Below the pieces are notes generated by a model. It was not told where the DNA came from. It saw only the letters and a program-made list of their open reading frames with translations, and made no database searches. A DNA stretch of 64,000 bases from Eledone cirrhosa. Its lineage: Eukaryota. A program made the position numbers and the translations under genes. Shown one piece after another: positions 1 to 13,559 of the stretch. How positions within the stretch are numbered: position 1 is the stretch's first letter; the number at the start of each line of letters is the position of its first letter. The stretch spans positions 228,718,001 to 228,782,000 of the forward strand of contig OZ024742.1 of the NCBI GenBank assembly GCA_964016885.1. Direction: 5' to 3'.

Positions 1-210
1 TAAACAAACTTTTCAACTACACCATTGACGCTTTCCACACACAAAGATATTATTCTCTCTGTACTGCATTCATGGCACCGATTGCAGTATACCTACGGCA
101 TCCCTGAGACTTATTGCCAGCCTCATGGCAGTGCAAGCCTTCTCGAAAGCATCCGTCAAATGTTGCTTATCTACAAGGCCACAATCATCAGCATAGAACA
201 AATCTATCAC

Positions 211-494
211 CGCTAGGTTGGAGAATGGCGCCTGGTCGTAATTTTGGAAGTGCCTGTTAATATATATGTGTATGTTTTATATTGAAAATACAACTGTGCT
301 CCAGTTTGATCACTTTTCTTTTATTAAGAACTTTCCTATCTCTAAACTAAGCATAAAGAAACAGAAAGGAAAGACGAAAAATTCTCAATAAAAATGATCA
401 AACTGGAGCACAGTTGTATTTTCAAGATAAAACATACACATATATATTAATAGGCACTGCCAGAATTACGACCAGGCTCCATTCCAGCCTAGTG
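211..494. repeat. Inverted repeat, arms ~211-335 / ~376-494, probable PLE-terminus fold-back remnant
   Basis: ctaggttggagaatggcgcctggtcgtaatttt...ccagtttgatca mirrored by tgatcaaactgg...aattacgaccaggctccattccagcctag with scattered mismatches. Confidence 0.8.
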
Positions 495-743
495 GTTGTA
501 AGTCGTCATGGACGTAACTTAAGACCTGTACGTATGGCATGGATACATGTATTTTATATGTATAACTCATAACTCATTGACACTGTTCTATGTAACTAAT
601 ATATTTTATATCCATGTCTGTTAAGATATCCTCATTGAATATGAGCTAGCCTCGTCCACGATAACAATCGCTTCTGCTATGTATCCTTATCCTGTGTTGG
701 AATTATCAAACATTTCAATAAACGTTTCATTTACTACTGCATT

Positions 744-2530
744 TATCTCGGAGCCGTTCGAAATCGCGCGGTTCATCCGACAAGGGTGCCCTCTCTCCTC
801 CCTTCTGTATGTATTGACTCTCGAGCCACTACTTCGGAAGTTGGAGTTGTTGCAGGGCATCCCTTTTGAACCGGGATTGCGGAAAGCGGCGTCGGCCTAC
901 GCCGATGACGTAACAGTAATGCTGTCGACGGCCTCCGAAATCGGGGCGATCGGCACCTTACTGGAGGAGTACGAAAGGTTTACAGGGGCTAAGCTGAACC
1001 AGGACAAGTCGATCGGTTTGCAACTCGGCACGTGGAGGGGAAAACCGATGTCCTCCGATGGCGTCGTCGGACGCTGGACGGAGGGCCCGGTGAAGTTGCT
1101 CGGGGTCTGGTTCGGACCAGACCTCCAGGTGGAGAAGAACTGGGGTGAGGTTACGAACAGGGTGTTTGCACTGACCCAGAAGTGGGCCAGTTGAAAGCTA
1201 TCCCTGAAAGGTCGGGTGGAAGTGGCGAACACCTATATAGCGTCCGTCATCTACTACCGGCTGACCGTCGTGCCTTGCTCAAGGGAAACCCTCGCCAAGA
1301 TGGAGCGCGCACTCTTCCAATTCCTTTGGAAGAAGCGGGCTCCTTTGGTGAGGAGATACATCTGCTGTCAACACCCTTCGAAAGGAGGGCTGGGGACGCC
1401 GTGACTAATGATGCGTAAACACGCATTAAGGCTACGGCACCTCCACGTATTCCTCGCCGGTCAACCGGTGTGGGCCCCGTTTGTGAGACGAACCTTTCCC
1501 AGACTCGTCTCACTCACCGAGCTGCAATCCTGGGTCAAGCAAAGACCGAGAAAACTGGGCGCCTGGTACACTGAGTGTGCCCAGGCGCTCACGGCCCTCT
1601 GGCAGGCGGACCCGGTTATCAGTGGACACTCCACCGCGACATTCTATAGAGGGCTGGTAGGCAGCAGGTGCGACGACGCCCTCGGAGAAGCCCTAGACAT
1701 GGAGGAAGACGAACTGGCCAGCCTGTTCGATAGGACATTCAGCCCGGGACCTATGGACAACTTCCAGAAGTCCCTGGCCTGGCAGTGCTACCGAGGGGAT
1801 CTGCCCGTTCGAGAAAAGCTCTACAGACACGGGTGCCCGGGTAGGGACCCCGCCAAAAAGATCTTCCCCAGATGCGTGTGCGACGAGGAAACCGTTGCAC
1901 ACGCATTGGTACACTGCTCGGGCGTAGCCAATCTGTGGGGCTATGTCGAACGACTGCTGTCACGGGTGGGACCGATCCGGTTGACCACCGAGGCCATTGT
2001 AACGATTAAGCCGCCCCCCCCCCCCCCCCCCCTTCAAAAATGAAGGAGAGGCGGTGTTTCTGTGTGTAAAAGCCATGGTGAAAGAGGTTGCATGGTGGAC
2101 GTGTCTGAAAGGACTGAGGTCAGGCACCTTTCTCTCTGGCCAACAACTGATCCGTTTCTTCCGATATCATTTCGGAAGAAGGATCAGGATGGAGAGAGAA
2201 GTGCTCCACCCCAGTCGATTTTAGGAAAGCTGGGTAAAAGTGGCGAGAATGGCCCGTGTGAATGGGCCTTCTCTCTACATCAGCCTGTAGGTGGAAAAGA
2301 TGAAGGAACGAGGGAGCACCCTCTCTCTGTGCTCCTGAGAAGGGTTGCACACTTTTTTCGGGGGTGTGTGCGACCTCCCAAAACGCCTCCTCCCTATTGA
2401 GGTCTTTATTGTTAATTTTATATTTGTTATTTGTTTTATATTTATTTGTTTTCTTTACTCGCCTTTTTGTGTAAACTCCCCCCTTGTATTTATCCCCTTC
2501 TTATACGCCCTCGTGGCAATAAATAGAAAT
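744..2530 (+). mobile_element. 5'-truncated Tx1/L1-clade LINE (RT C-terminal half plus degenerate CCHC finger), inactive
   Basis: RT motifs RQGCPLS, YADD and KLLGVWF. Premature stops at ~1192 and ~1402 and a poly-C frameshift near 2014-2032. Homologous to 45690-47343 and 47416-48780. Ends GTGGCAATAAATAGAAAT followed by ATCTATCTATCC. Confidence 0.93.
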
Positions 2531-3756
2531 ATATCTATCTATCCATCCACACACGGTAGGTTTCTGCCTACCAAATGTCGTTCACAATTCATTCGTCAAC
2601 CCGAAGCTATTGTAGAAGACATTTGCCTTATGTGCTACGCAGTGAGACTGAATTTGAAACCACGCAGTCATGTCAGTGCCTGTAGTTAATTATTTAGGTG
2701 GATTGTGTCACCGAGAGTTGAGTTGTCATGGACACGTACACATCCCTTTATCAGCTACGGGACACGAGACACCAAACTTTCCTTATAGATGCCAACATTT
2801 TATCTAGTCGACTGGAATGGACCTCCGTCAATTTCGACGATCAGTGTTCGATATGTACGATAAACCGAACAGCCTGCTCGTGCAGGTAATGTGAAATCGG
2901 CTGAACTTTACGTAGTTCTCAGGAAGATTCAGCAGGTCAGAGTATATGATCTCTTCCAATAATGATACAATCCATTCAACTAGCTTCCAAACAGTTGAAG
3001 CTTACTTAATTTCCCTCCCCCCAAAGTTCCGGGTTGACCCAATGCTATAGTAAATGACACTTTCCTAAGATACCATGCTGTAAGATTGAACCCGTGACCT
3101 GACGATTGTGAAGCGAATTTCTTAACCATTTGGCCATGCTGCGTTCAGATTTAGTTCATTAACTATCAATTAAAAGGTAAAAAAATGCAATTTACAGCTT
3201 ACACCTATGCAGGTTTAGCTGGCCTCATTCGAAATTACTTCTCATAGGTTTCTCGGATATTTTATCGATAGAGAGTCATCAGTCATAATTATGAACTACA
3301 ACGTGAAATGAAATGTCTTGCTCAAGAACACAACGCTCCGCCTAGTCCAGGAATCGAAACCACAATTATAAATCATAAATTCGCAATTATACATTCTAAC
3401 CATTAGACTATGATTCTGTTATCAATTCGCAAAAGAGATACTCGCATATACAGTTAAATGTTTGGTTCTGTAAAAATAAATAAATAAATAAATGATAAAT
3501 TCTTGAGAATGTTATATTTGAATTTTGTCTTATTTTGACTTTTATTGCGACAAATCGCTGTTGTAATTGACACCGAAAGTGACAAAATAAAATTTTAAAG
3601 CTGTCGCTGTAATTAACTTTAGTAGCAAATTTCACGCAGATGCAGTGACGTCTCTGAAGAAATATATTTAATGACACAGCAAATCTTTAAAACTGTAAGG
3701 TTTCCACAGAACATTAATGACATGGAATAAAGATTAGCATATTACTTTGGTGAGTA

Positions 3757-3979
3757 CAGTAGATTGGCAGTATTGGTAGAGCGCCGGACAACATGCTTTG
3801 CAACATATGGTTATGTCGCTTAACGTTCTGAGTTCAAATCCCGCCGAGATTAGCTTTGCCTTTCATCCTTACAGGGTAGGTAAAATAAAGTACGAGTAAC
3901 GCACTGGGGTAGATTTAATCGAATTTTCTTTCCCCTAAAATTGTTCGCTTTGTGCCTAAATCAGAAACAAATATATTAT
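3757..3979 (+). mobile_element. tRNA-derived SINE family 1 (core GCCTTTCATCCTT..GGGGTCGATAAAATAAAGTACCAG, Meta/MESC-like)
   Basis: A-box-like TGGCAGTATTGG, B-box GAGTTCAAATCC and a core shared with more than 12 copies in the window. The domain name is from recall. Confidence 0.8.
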
Positions 3980-3980
3980 T

Positions 3981-4056
3981 GAGTTGTCAAATATGAAATT
4001 TGTAGAAATTTGTAAAAAACACACAAATTTCTACAAATTTCATACTTGACGACAAA
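3981..4056. mobile_element. Short palindromic MITE-like element; second copy at 25913-25990
   Basis: gtcaaatatgaaatttgtagaaatttgt / acaaatttctacaaatttcatacttgac hairpin. The second copy ends ttgacgacctaata, resembling a Tc1/mariner TIR plus TA. Confidence 0.6.
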
Positions 4057-4072
4057 ATACTTTGATGAAATT

Positions 4073-4430
4073 GATTTCTAATTTCAAGGCCAGCAAATTT
4101 TGTCGGAAGAGTAAATTTGATTATAGCAATCCTACTATTTGATTGTTACTTTATTTTATCGACCCCGAATGATAAAAATCAAACTTGATCTCGGCTGGAT
4201 TTGAACCCAGAACGTAAAGCGTCATAACTAAATGATAAACATCTTGTCTGATGCTCTAACGATTTCGTTAATCCACTGCCCTATGGGTTCTAATTTTGAC
4301 ACGAGATTAGCAATTTTTGATGTAATGAGAAAGTCGATTATATCGACCCCAGTACTTGACTGACACTTTAATTTATTGATCCCAGAATGATGAAAGGCAA
4401 AGCTGACTTTAGGAGGATTTGAACTTGGAT
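4073..4430 (-). mobile_element. Two adjacent degraded SINE family 1 copies (4073-4280, 4285-4430)
   Basis: Reverse complement of the core (ttttatcgacccc...gatgaaaggcaaag) and of the B-box (ggatttgaac). Confidence 0.7.
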
Positions 4431-4694
4431 TATAAAGCATGTATTTGAACCTGGATTATAAAGCATGCACTTATGTGTATAATACAACCCACTTATGTGT
4501 ATAATGCAGTATAAATAAACCTGATCCACCACATGACGCAACAGAATTGAGTGAGCAATCAGAAACTTCGAAGTCACTACCGCTTTATTTTTTACTCAGA
4601 ACATATAATTTACATTCTTCTTAAACGTATTGAATGCTCATTCGCTTAGTGTTTATGTTTTAAGCACAATGGTAATTTAAACACCCACTCTAAT

Positions 4695-5005
4695 ATGTGT
4701 GTGTATGTGTGTCTGTGTGTGTGTGTGTGTGTGTCTGTCTGCCTGCCTGTCTTTGTCTGTTTGCCTGCCTGTCTGTCTGTCTGTCTGTCTGTGTGTGTCT
4801 GTGTGCGTGTGTGGGTCCGCCTATCTGTGTGTCTGTCTCTGTGTGTGAGTCTGTGTGAGTGAGTCTGTGTGTGTCTGTGTACGTGTGTGTGTGTGTATGT
4901 GTGTGTGTGTATGCGTGTGTGCCTGTGTGTATGTCTGCGTGTGTGAGTCTGTGTGTGTCTGTCTGGCTATTTGCGCGTGCATTTGTGTGTGCTTGTATGT
5001 GTATT
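4695..5005. repeat. Compound (GT)n/(GTCT)n microsatellite
   Basis: Direct reading. Confidence 0.9.
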
Positions 5006-5939
5006 TGTTTATTTAAGGTTGTTGTTCTGACAAAAGAATATAATTCACTGGCAGACAACAGGTGGCAAATACTCCCACTCCGTTCATGTTGATTTAATTT
5101 ATCCTTGTTTTAGTTATTGTTTAGCCTGTTCCATATTTAACTTATCACCTCACCGTTCTAAATTTGCTGTTTACCACCTCTACACACCTTTCATCTATTT
5201 TGAGTTCAGGCTATATTTTTCGAAAGATTTATCTCATTGAAAGTGTTTTGATAAGGCAGCAACATTTGTTAAACATCATTAATAACAAATGTTATAATGA
5301 CTATATATAATATATACAATTTATGAGTCTTTAATTCCATGCAGGTTTAGTGTGTTTATCACACAAACCTGTAAAACAAGCATTTGTTTTTTTTATTTAT
5401 TAAACCTGTATATGATTAGACCAGGCTTCTGGTACCATGTAATCCAGTACAACCTGCTTCATGGTCGAGTGGTCGGTGATTAAACCAGCTCCCACACTAA
5501 CTCATGGTCTAGTGAGAACGGTAAGTGGAATTGCAACAGCACAAAAAAGCTGTTAAAAGGACGGATGGACTCCTCAGAGTCAACGGCTATCCATCCCAAC
5601 TATGGGTTAAAAACCCACACCAACCCACAATCGTCCAAGTGTGGTGAGTACAGTGACATTTCTGATATTACGAAAACCAAACAGAAAGCGGTGGACGTCA
5701 TCCAGTGAGAGGTTTACTCCAACAAGAATGAGAAGACCCTAGTTTTGATTGGATGACTCCGTGTATATATATATTTAATTATCGTGGCGATTTAATGTTC
5801 ATTCTAACGCATTGTTTTGGTTATCAAAATTATTTAGATTTGTGTTTCTTATTCGATAATGCTTCAAGCAAGCTACAAAACTCTGTTATATATATATATA
5901 TATATATATATATCTAGGGTGGGTAAAATTCCCGAGATC

Positions 5940-6315
5940 CATGGACGAGTTCTCTCCAGCGGTCTCTGTCCCTCATTATCGCTGCCATGTCCTGCGTCTC
6001 CAACAGACCAGTGTCTGTCCTTAGGGCATCAACATACGTTAACCTTGGTCTTCCTCTTCCAGTGTGTCCATGTAAGGGCTCCTACAGGAGCACTGAGTGC
6101 AATGTCAACTCTGGATGTCGGTGAGCATGTCCAGCCAACCTCAGTCTCCTCTGTGTCACTTTTGAGCGGCGTGCCACGGCTTGAGATCGGTGTGAAAGTC
6201 GGACCTTCGTAAAGACCTGAAAATCCGCCTCTTCATTGCTGTAGTGGAGTCTGTGCTGCTGTACTGGTCTGAGACTTGGACACTGACCAAGAAACTCACT
6301 CAGATGGTGGATGGG
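5940..6315. mobile_element. RTE-clade LINE 3' fragment with 5' inversion
   Basis: Minus strand ~6165-5940 reads QRRLRLAGHAHRHPELTLHSVLL*EPLHGHTGRGRPRLTYVDALRTDTG...MRDRDRWRE. Plus strand ~6200-6315 reads KIRLFIAVVESVLLYWSETWTLTKK. Both are typical RTE ORF C-terminal motifs. Confidence 0.8.
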
Positions 6316-7775
6316 ACAAGGCTGGTCATTTGAATTTCTAGTTCAGTCCAGCAGACAGATTTCCAAACACTTTCCAACAGACCAATTGTTCTCACATTTA
6401 TCGACGCGAGGCTATGGTAAATGGCACGTGCCCAAGATGCGCCGCAGTTGGATCGAACGTGGGAACCCCTTAACCATTGGGGTCATACTGCGTCCAAATT
6501 TTTCTTGTTTAGCTTTTGTTCTATAGTAATGTTTGTGGAGAAACAACATTATAAGAGTACTTCTGACCTCGCTTAATATCTGTGTCGTTTGGTATATCAA
6601 ATGTCACTAGCCATTTGTTAAAACTCTTTAGCTATATCTGATTATAGTCTCGTTCTGATGAGTCTATTATATTAATATGTGTGTTAACATCATTTGTTCA
6701 ATGGGAAAATTATTCCCTCGAGGCGAAACAAAAGGCAAGCAGTTTTTCGAAGTAAATAAACGATAATCTTTAAATGAAGCCCGTTACTGTTTATGTTTAT
6801 GTTTAACCACATCTAACTCTGCCATATATCCGTTCAGGGCCTTAAGTTCAGTGTAATTTAAAGCAGCTGTCATCTTCAATTTCTCTGTAGCCAGATGGTT
6901 GATTTATAACTTTGAAGTTTTATTGATTTCCCTCGAGTCAAATATTTTCATTATGTAATGCATTCTAAGTAAGTACAACCGGCAGCTATTTGAGTTGGAG
7001 ATTAACTGCATACGAGATCTCTGCTTATTTTGGTATTTTTAACTGTCCCACTGACGACAAATTGCCAAAGCGTTAGAACGGCAGATTAAATAATTTGATA
7101 TTTATTGACTCTCTGCGTTTTGAGTTCAAATCCTACCGAGGACCACATTGCCTAACACCCTTTCATGGGTCGATAAATAAAGTATTAATTCATGGTCTGT
7201 GGATTTGAGGAAATGTTAAAAAAATATTCGAACTGATTGCTTTGCGGTATCTGTTCCAGACTATCACTGGAAAAGTGACGATGATTCTGCTAGAAGTCTC
7301 GACTAGCAGATAGTACCAAGTAATGGATAGATCAATGGAGAAAAAGTAATCAGCACCTTTCCTTATAAAGTGTTCTAGTATACACGTCCAATCAAAGGTA
7401 CTACTATGCAGTCGCTTGACCTGCTACAAATAGTAGCCAAAATCACCAATAAAATATACCATAACACTTTAAATAAGTGAATAACACATTGAATAATGTA
7501 TTCCTAGATATTTCTAAAAGTCAGGATTGTGGCTAGAACGCCATAAGTCATAGACCCGCTTAATCAGGGATGGCATGAGGTTAAACAACAACCAAATTTT
7601 AATATATTATGTAAGATCCTATATATACATGTATATATAGATATGTGTGTATGTGTGCGTATGTATGTGTATGCATATGTATGTATATGTATGTGGGCAT
7701 ATATGTATATATTTATGTATATAGATATGTATGTATATGTATGTGTGCATATAAGTATATATTTATGTATATATT

Positions 7776-7813
<38 letters not shown>

Positions 7814-7817
<4 letters not shown>

Positions 7818-8914
7818 TACTTGGGGAGGGTCATATTTGTGTAATATTGCCAGAATTAATAACAGAACACACTCACTGTTTGGTTGGTTTTCGCTTCTCG
7901 CTGTCTTTTATATCTGCGATCTAACCTACTCGGTCCTCAATGTTGCCATTGACTGACCGACGGTCAAAAATAATACAGATACAATATAGACACAAACACA
8001 TATATATAGTTTACATAATTTACATAAATCTTTCGCAACATCGTCAGTGGTGTTATATTTTTTCCTCCTGTTGTGTTGTATGTCTACGCCATTTTTTATT
8101 CAGTCTGTCTATATATTTATTTATTTATTTGCTTGTTTGTTTATTTTATTTTGTCTTTTTTGCGCATGCGTTTGCGTGTGTGTATAGTGTTATGTTTGCT
8201 GTGTGGCTAGTGTGTATAGTGTTGTGTCTGCTGGGTGACTAGTGTGTGTTTATGTGCTTGTTGTTATTGTGCTTGTGTATGTATTTATTTATCTTATTTT
8301 ATTTTATTTTATTTACTTATTTATACTTCTCTTAGGTCAGTGTTGTTTGTTTGGGTGTTGTTGTTGTTCCACTCATTCTTTCTGTTTAGCTTTGGTCTTC
8401 TAATGTCTATTTCACACATAAACACACACTAGTCACCCAGCAGACACAACACTATACACACTAGCCACACAGCAAACATAACACTATACACACACGCAAA
8501 CGCATGCGCAAAGAAGACAAAATAAAATAAACAAACAAGAAAATAAATAAATAAATATATAGACAGACTGAATAAAAAATGGCGTAGACATACAACACAA
8601 CAGGAGGAAAAAATATAACACCACTGACGATGTTGCAGATGTGCAACGAAAGATTTATGTAAATTATGTAAACTATATATATGTGTTTGTGTCTTTATTG
8701 TATCTGTATTATTTTTGACCGTCGGTCAGTCAATGGCAACATTGAGGACCGAGTAAGTTAGATCGCAGATATAAAAGACAGCGAGAAGAGAAAACCAACC
8801 AAACAGTGAGTGTGTTCTGTTATTAATTCTGGCAATATTACACAAATATGACCCTCCCCAAGTATAACAATATTTGTTTCGACACACGATTTCATATAAA
8901 AAACCTCGCTAAAC

Positions 8915-8920
<6 letters not shown>
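7814..8920. mobile_element. Fold-back insert in (TA)n: arms 7814-8256 / 8415-8868 plus tail 8869-8920; PLE-type terminus
   Basis: ~440-bp near-identical inverted arms flanked by (TA)n, with an HHR-like core at 8624-8651. Confidence 0.8.
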
Positions 8921-8963
<43 letters not shown>

Positions 8964-10632
8964 ATATGTATATAGATATGTGTGTATGTGTATGGATATG
9001 TATGTGTATATATGTATATATTTTTGTATATAGATATGTATGTGTGCATATATGTATATATTTATGTATAAATTTATGTAGATATATATGCATATAGATA
9101 CGTGTGTATGTGTGTATGTATGTATATGTGTGTATACGTATGTGTGCATATATGCGAAAAGTAAATGAATAAACAACACAGTACAATGGAGATATATATT
9201 ATTCTAACTGTTGATTTGTTGGAAGTCAGTTTTAATGTTTCGCACGCTAGTCCTTTATCAGAAGAGAGAATGAGAAATGTAAGAAGAAATAGAAAGATAG
9301 ACGAGAGTAAGTAGAGGAAGAAATGAAAAAAAAATACATTTGGAGAAAAAGCACGCGTGTGTTTAGGATTGACATATACATACATACAGCATACACAAAG
9401 TGATGAGGTAGTAGGTACTGTACACACACGACGTAGAGTAGTTTAAATACATCGGAAAGAACACTAAAAACCAAACACTGTACATACCCAAGACACATTA
9501 TAGCTGTGACAGTATGCAATGAAAATACTACTTCTACCAATAATAACAGTGATAATAATGATTTTAATAAAGATGCAGGAAATGAATTATGAGTTATGCA
9601 TTGGTAATGACGTTAATGACAAATAAAAATAAAAATGATAATAATAAAAACAATTCCAGGGGAAAAGTAAACTGATTTCTGTGAAAAAATGATTCAATGT
9701 ATGGGGAAAATAATAAAATTAGAACACATACACACACACACAACAACAACAACATCAATAACAACAATAAAACAAATTGGACGAAATACATAAAAATCAA
9801 TAAGTATAGAACAAGAAGAAAACAGAAGAAAAAAGACAGAGAAAAAAGACAGGATGAAGAACGAGGAGTAGATAAAAAGAAAAAAAAGAAAACAAGGATA
9901 AGTCAGAAGAAGGGGATGGAGACAGAGGGAGAAGATGAAGATGGGGATGGAGACAGATGAAAAATGAGAAGGAGGAAAAGACAGAAGAAGAAAGACAAGG
10001 AGAATAAGATGACAGAAAACGATTATAAAAAGAGAAGGCAGAAGAACGAGAAGATGAATATGAAGAAAGGACATTAAGAAGAAGAAGAACACTTTTGGAA
10101 GTCATAAGATAAATAGTGGTACTATTGGGACAAGATTAACTTGATTAAAAAACCCAAGTAAAATTAGTTTATTGCATAAGAAATGTTCGTTGTTTCTTGT
10201 AAAATGTGTAATTTAGTTTAAAATGATGAGATTTGCGAGAAGAACTTTTGAAATTAGTGTTGTTTGAGGTGTGAAAAGACGAGCAATCAATGCTCTCTCT
10301 CTCTCTTTTTGTTTTAATGTATTTTAAAAAATATTGAAAATAAAGTGTGTTGCTTTAGGACACAACGCGCCGCCGGGAATCGAACTCCCGATATTACAAT
10401 TTGGAACCGAACACCCCTAACCTCTAAATCACGTGCCTCCACATAGAAAGAGTATGAAGAAATAAACGTAAATTAAAAATGGAGGTGATGTGTGGGTTGT
10501 CTTTTGACATGATTGAAGTTTACGAATTGATAGAGCTAGACGGACATTCATCGATCACGACGACGATTGTTCCATTTATTTGATCAACGGAACAACGTGA
10601 AATCAACGTGCAAGTGGCTGAACTTTCAACAG

Positions 10633-10719
<87 letters not shown>

Positions 10720-10739
10720 TGCGTATGTGTGTTGGACCT

Positions 10740-10982
10740 CAGCTGGTTTCGACAAATGTCCAGTTGTTTGATCAACGGGGTACAGCCTGCTTGTGAAATT
10801 TACCTGCAAGTGGCTGAGCATTCAGAAACAGACGCGTCTACCCATAATGGTATTCACAATGAGATTGAACACAACAGTGTGATAAGGTTAGTCTTTTATT
10901 TAAATAAAGTAACGTGGGACTCGAACTTAACGATCTTACGATCCAGAGTCGAACATCCTTACGACTAAGCCACGCATCTTCA
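10740..10982 (-). mobile_element. tRNA-derived SINE family 2 (related pieces at 2810-2935, 11905-12225, 23770-23905)
   Basis: Reverse of head gaagatgcgtggcttagtcgtaagg...gttcgagtcc plus the shared body cagcctgct(t/c)gtgaaatt..gtgcaagtggctga. Confidence 0.65.
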
Positions 10983-11071
10983 CAGAAAAAGAGCATGAAG
11001 AAATAGACAAGAATAAGCAAAAAAAAAAAAAAAATAGTAAGCCAAAAAAATAGCAACAATAACGGAATTAA

Positions 11072-11533
11072 TGGTTTCTGATTTAGACACAAGGCCAGGA
11101 ATTGGAGGGAAAAGTCAAATATACCCTCCCCCCTCAGTACTTTACTGGTACTTTATTTTATCGACCTCGGAAGAAGGAAAGAAAGGCAAAGACCCGAAAC
11201 TAAATGCCGCAAAAGCATTTTGTCCGATGCTCTCACGATTCTACCATTTCATTACCCCTGACAATAAATAACAGCAATGGCTGAAGAAACAGAAGAAAAT
11301 GCATCCCCATATCCCGAACAACTTAAATCGAGCAGCAACTATAATGGCTTCTTCATTGGTTTTTAATTTTGACATAAGGTCAGACATTTAGGAAAGGGGC
11401 CCACATTTTGAGATGGTACTTTATTTTATCGACACCGGAAGGATGACAGGCAAATTTATCTTCGGTGGGATTCGGAACAAATACCGAAGCATTTATAATC
11501 CGACGCTCTAACCATTCTGCCAATTCGCCACCT
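11072..11533 (-). mobile_element. Two degraded SINE family 1 copies (11072-11258, 11357-11533)
   Basis: ggtactttattttatcgac...aggcaaa core in reverse orientation. Confidence 0.7.
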
Positions 11534-12234
11534 TGATAATAAACCTAATAATACAATCGTTAACAATAAAAGAAAGTAAAAAAAAAAAAATCATCGACCC
11601 CCCCACACACACCCCAAAAAAACAAAAAAACAAAACAACAGAATATATTGGGTAAATAGAAATAGAATGAGTTTTTCGTGTTGATGACTTAATTGCGTGA
11701 GAGGAAAAATCAGAGATGGTCTCCCTTGGCAGATATAATGGCAAAAAGCACAGCCTGTATGGAATATCAGATTTCATCATATATTACTTCATTCATTTGT
11801 GGTTATTAATAAATATCGATTGCATTATTATTTTTATTATTTTACTTTTGACGTAGAATTTACTGTTATCACGTCACTAGTTACTATAGTGATATTGTTA
11901 TCATGGTTAAGGTGCGGATGTTAGGATGTTCTGTTCTTAATCTCACGATAGAAAGTTCATGAATTCGATTCTTGAGCAAGACTTTTTATTTCACGTTATT
12001 TTAGTTCACCCAACTGGGAAAAACACACACAAAAAAACAATGATAACCTGTAGTTCAAGGGGTTAGCTTTGCCACATTGTGCCACGAGGAATCTCCTTGA
12101 GAATAATGTTTAGGGTGACGCCCATGTCTGTAGAATGTTCAGTCACTTATACGGTGATTTTACGAGCAGGCTTTTCCGATGATAAAACAACTGGGATGTT
12201 CATCGCCAGAACCGACGGAGATCCAGCACACACA

Positions 12235-12760
12235 TATAGTCACCACATCAACTGTTGCTATAGTTACACACTCATCACGTCACATGTTGCTATAGTCACT
12301 GCCATCAAGCCAAAGGCCTGCTGTAGTTAAACTTCTATCACGTCACACGTTGCTATCACACCACACGTTATGGTAGTTCACTTCTACCATGTCACACGTT
12401 GCTATAGTTACACTGCCATCACACCGCACGTTACTATAGTTACACTGTTATGACGTCACACGTTGCTATAGTTACGTTGTCATCACATCACACATTATGG
12501 TAATTACACTGCTATCCCTTCAGCTGTTGCTATAGTTACACTCTCATAACACCACACGTTATTATAGTTACACTGTTATGACGTCACGCATTGCTATAGT
12601 TACACTGTCATCACATCATACGTTGCTATAGTTACACTGTCATCACATCATACGTTGCTATAGTTACTCTGTCATCACAATATACATTTCAATGTCACTG
12701 CTATCGTGTTACATGTGACCATGTCACTATCATCACGTTACTGATGTAGCAGTCATCATA
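12235..12760. repeat. Minisatellite, ~32-bp unit CACGTTGCTATAGTTACACTGTCATCACATCA
   Basis: About 15 degenerate tandem units read directly. Confidence 0.9.
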
Positions 12761-12820
12761 TCACAGCTAAACATACAGTGAGACTATATGTATGTTTATA
12801 TATATATACATCATTAGTTT

Positions 12821-13100
12821 GGGTGGATTGGCAGTATCGGTAGAGAGTCGGACACCATGCTTTGAAGCATAGAGTTACGTCCCTTTATGATCTGAGTTCA
12901 AATCCAAGGGCGGTGGATTGGCAGTATCGGTAGAGAGTCGGACACCATGCTTTGAAGCATAGAGTTACGTCCCTTTATGATCTGAGTTCAAATCCCGCCG
13001 AGGTTGACTTTGCCTTTCATCCTTACGGGGTCGATAAAATAAAGTACCAGTAATGCACTGGTGAATTTGCTGGACTTGTGCATAAAGTAGAAACAATTAT
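12821..13100 (+). mobile_element. SINE family 1 with tandemly duplicated tRNA head (12822-12905 repeated from 12913)
   Basis: Exact repeat of ggtggattggcagtatcggtagagagtcggacacc...gagttcaaatcc, then the core. Confidence 0.88.
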
Positions 13101-13285
13101 TTTGAATCACGCTATGTTACTGCCATCGCTATTTAATACTAGCCCCTTGTACTAGATGTAAATAAGCAGCGATTATCATAAATAATTTGTTTACAATAAA
13201 TACATATAAAGTTAGTGCCTCAGTACACTGTAATAAGTAAGTGTTCACTTAAGATAGGTACACATTTTGAAATGTATAGAGAGTT

Positions 13286-13303
13286 CACACACACACACAC
13301 ACA

Positions 13304-13371
<68 letters not shown>

Positions 13372-13372
13372 T

Positions 13373-13443
<71 letters not shown>

Positions 13444-13467
13444 CACACACGCACGCACACACGTACG

Positions 13468-13552
<85 letters not shown>
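13286..13552. repeat. (GCAC)n/(AC)n microsatellite
   Basis: Direct reading. Confidence 0.95.

Positions 13553-13559
<7 letters not shown>

Noticed and set aside
6650-6742. HHR-like CTGATGA gtct...aggc GAAA
   Set aside because: No TH triplet and no convincing stem I; at best a decayed relic.
12235-12760. ~32-bp periodic repeat resembling a CRISPR array
   Set aside because: Units are contiguous with no unique spacers, there are no cas genes and the context is eukaryotic.
12821-13000. tRNA genes (A and B boxes here and in many other copies)
   Set aside because: No complete cloverleaf; each continues into a shared SINE body.
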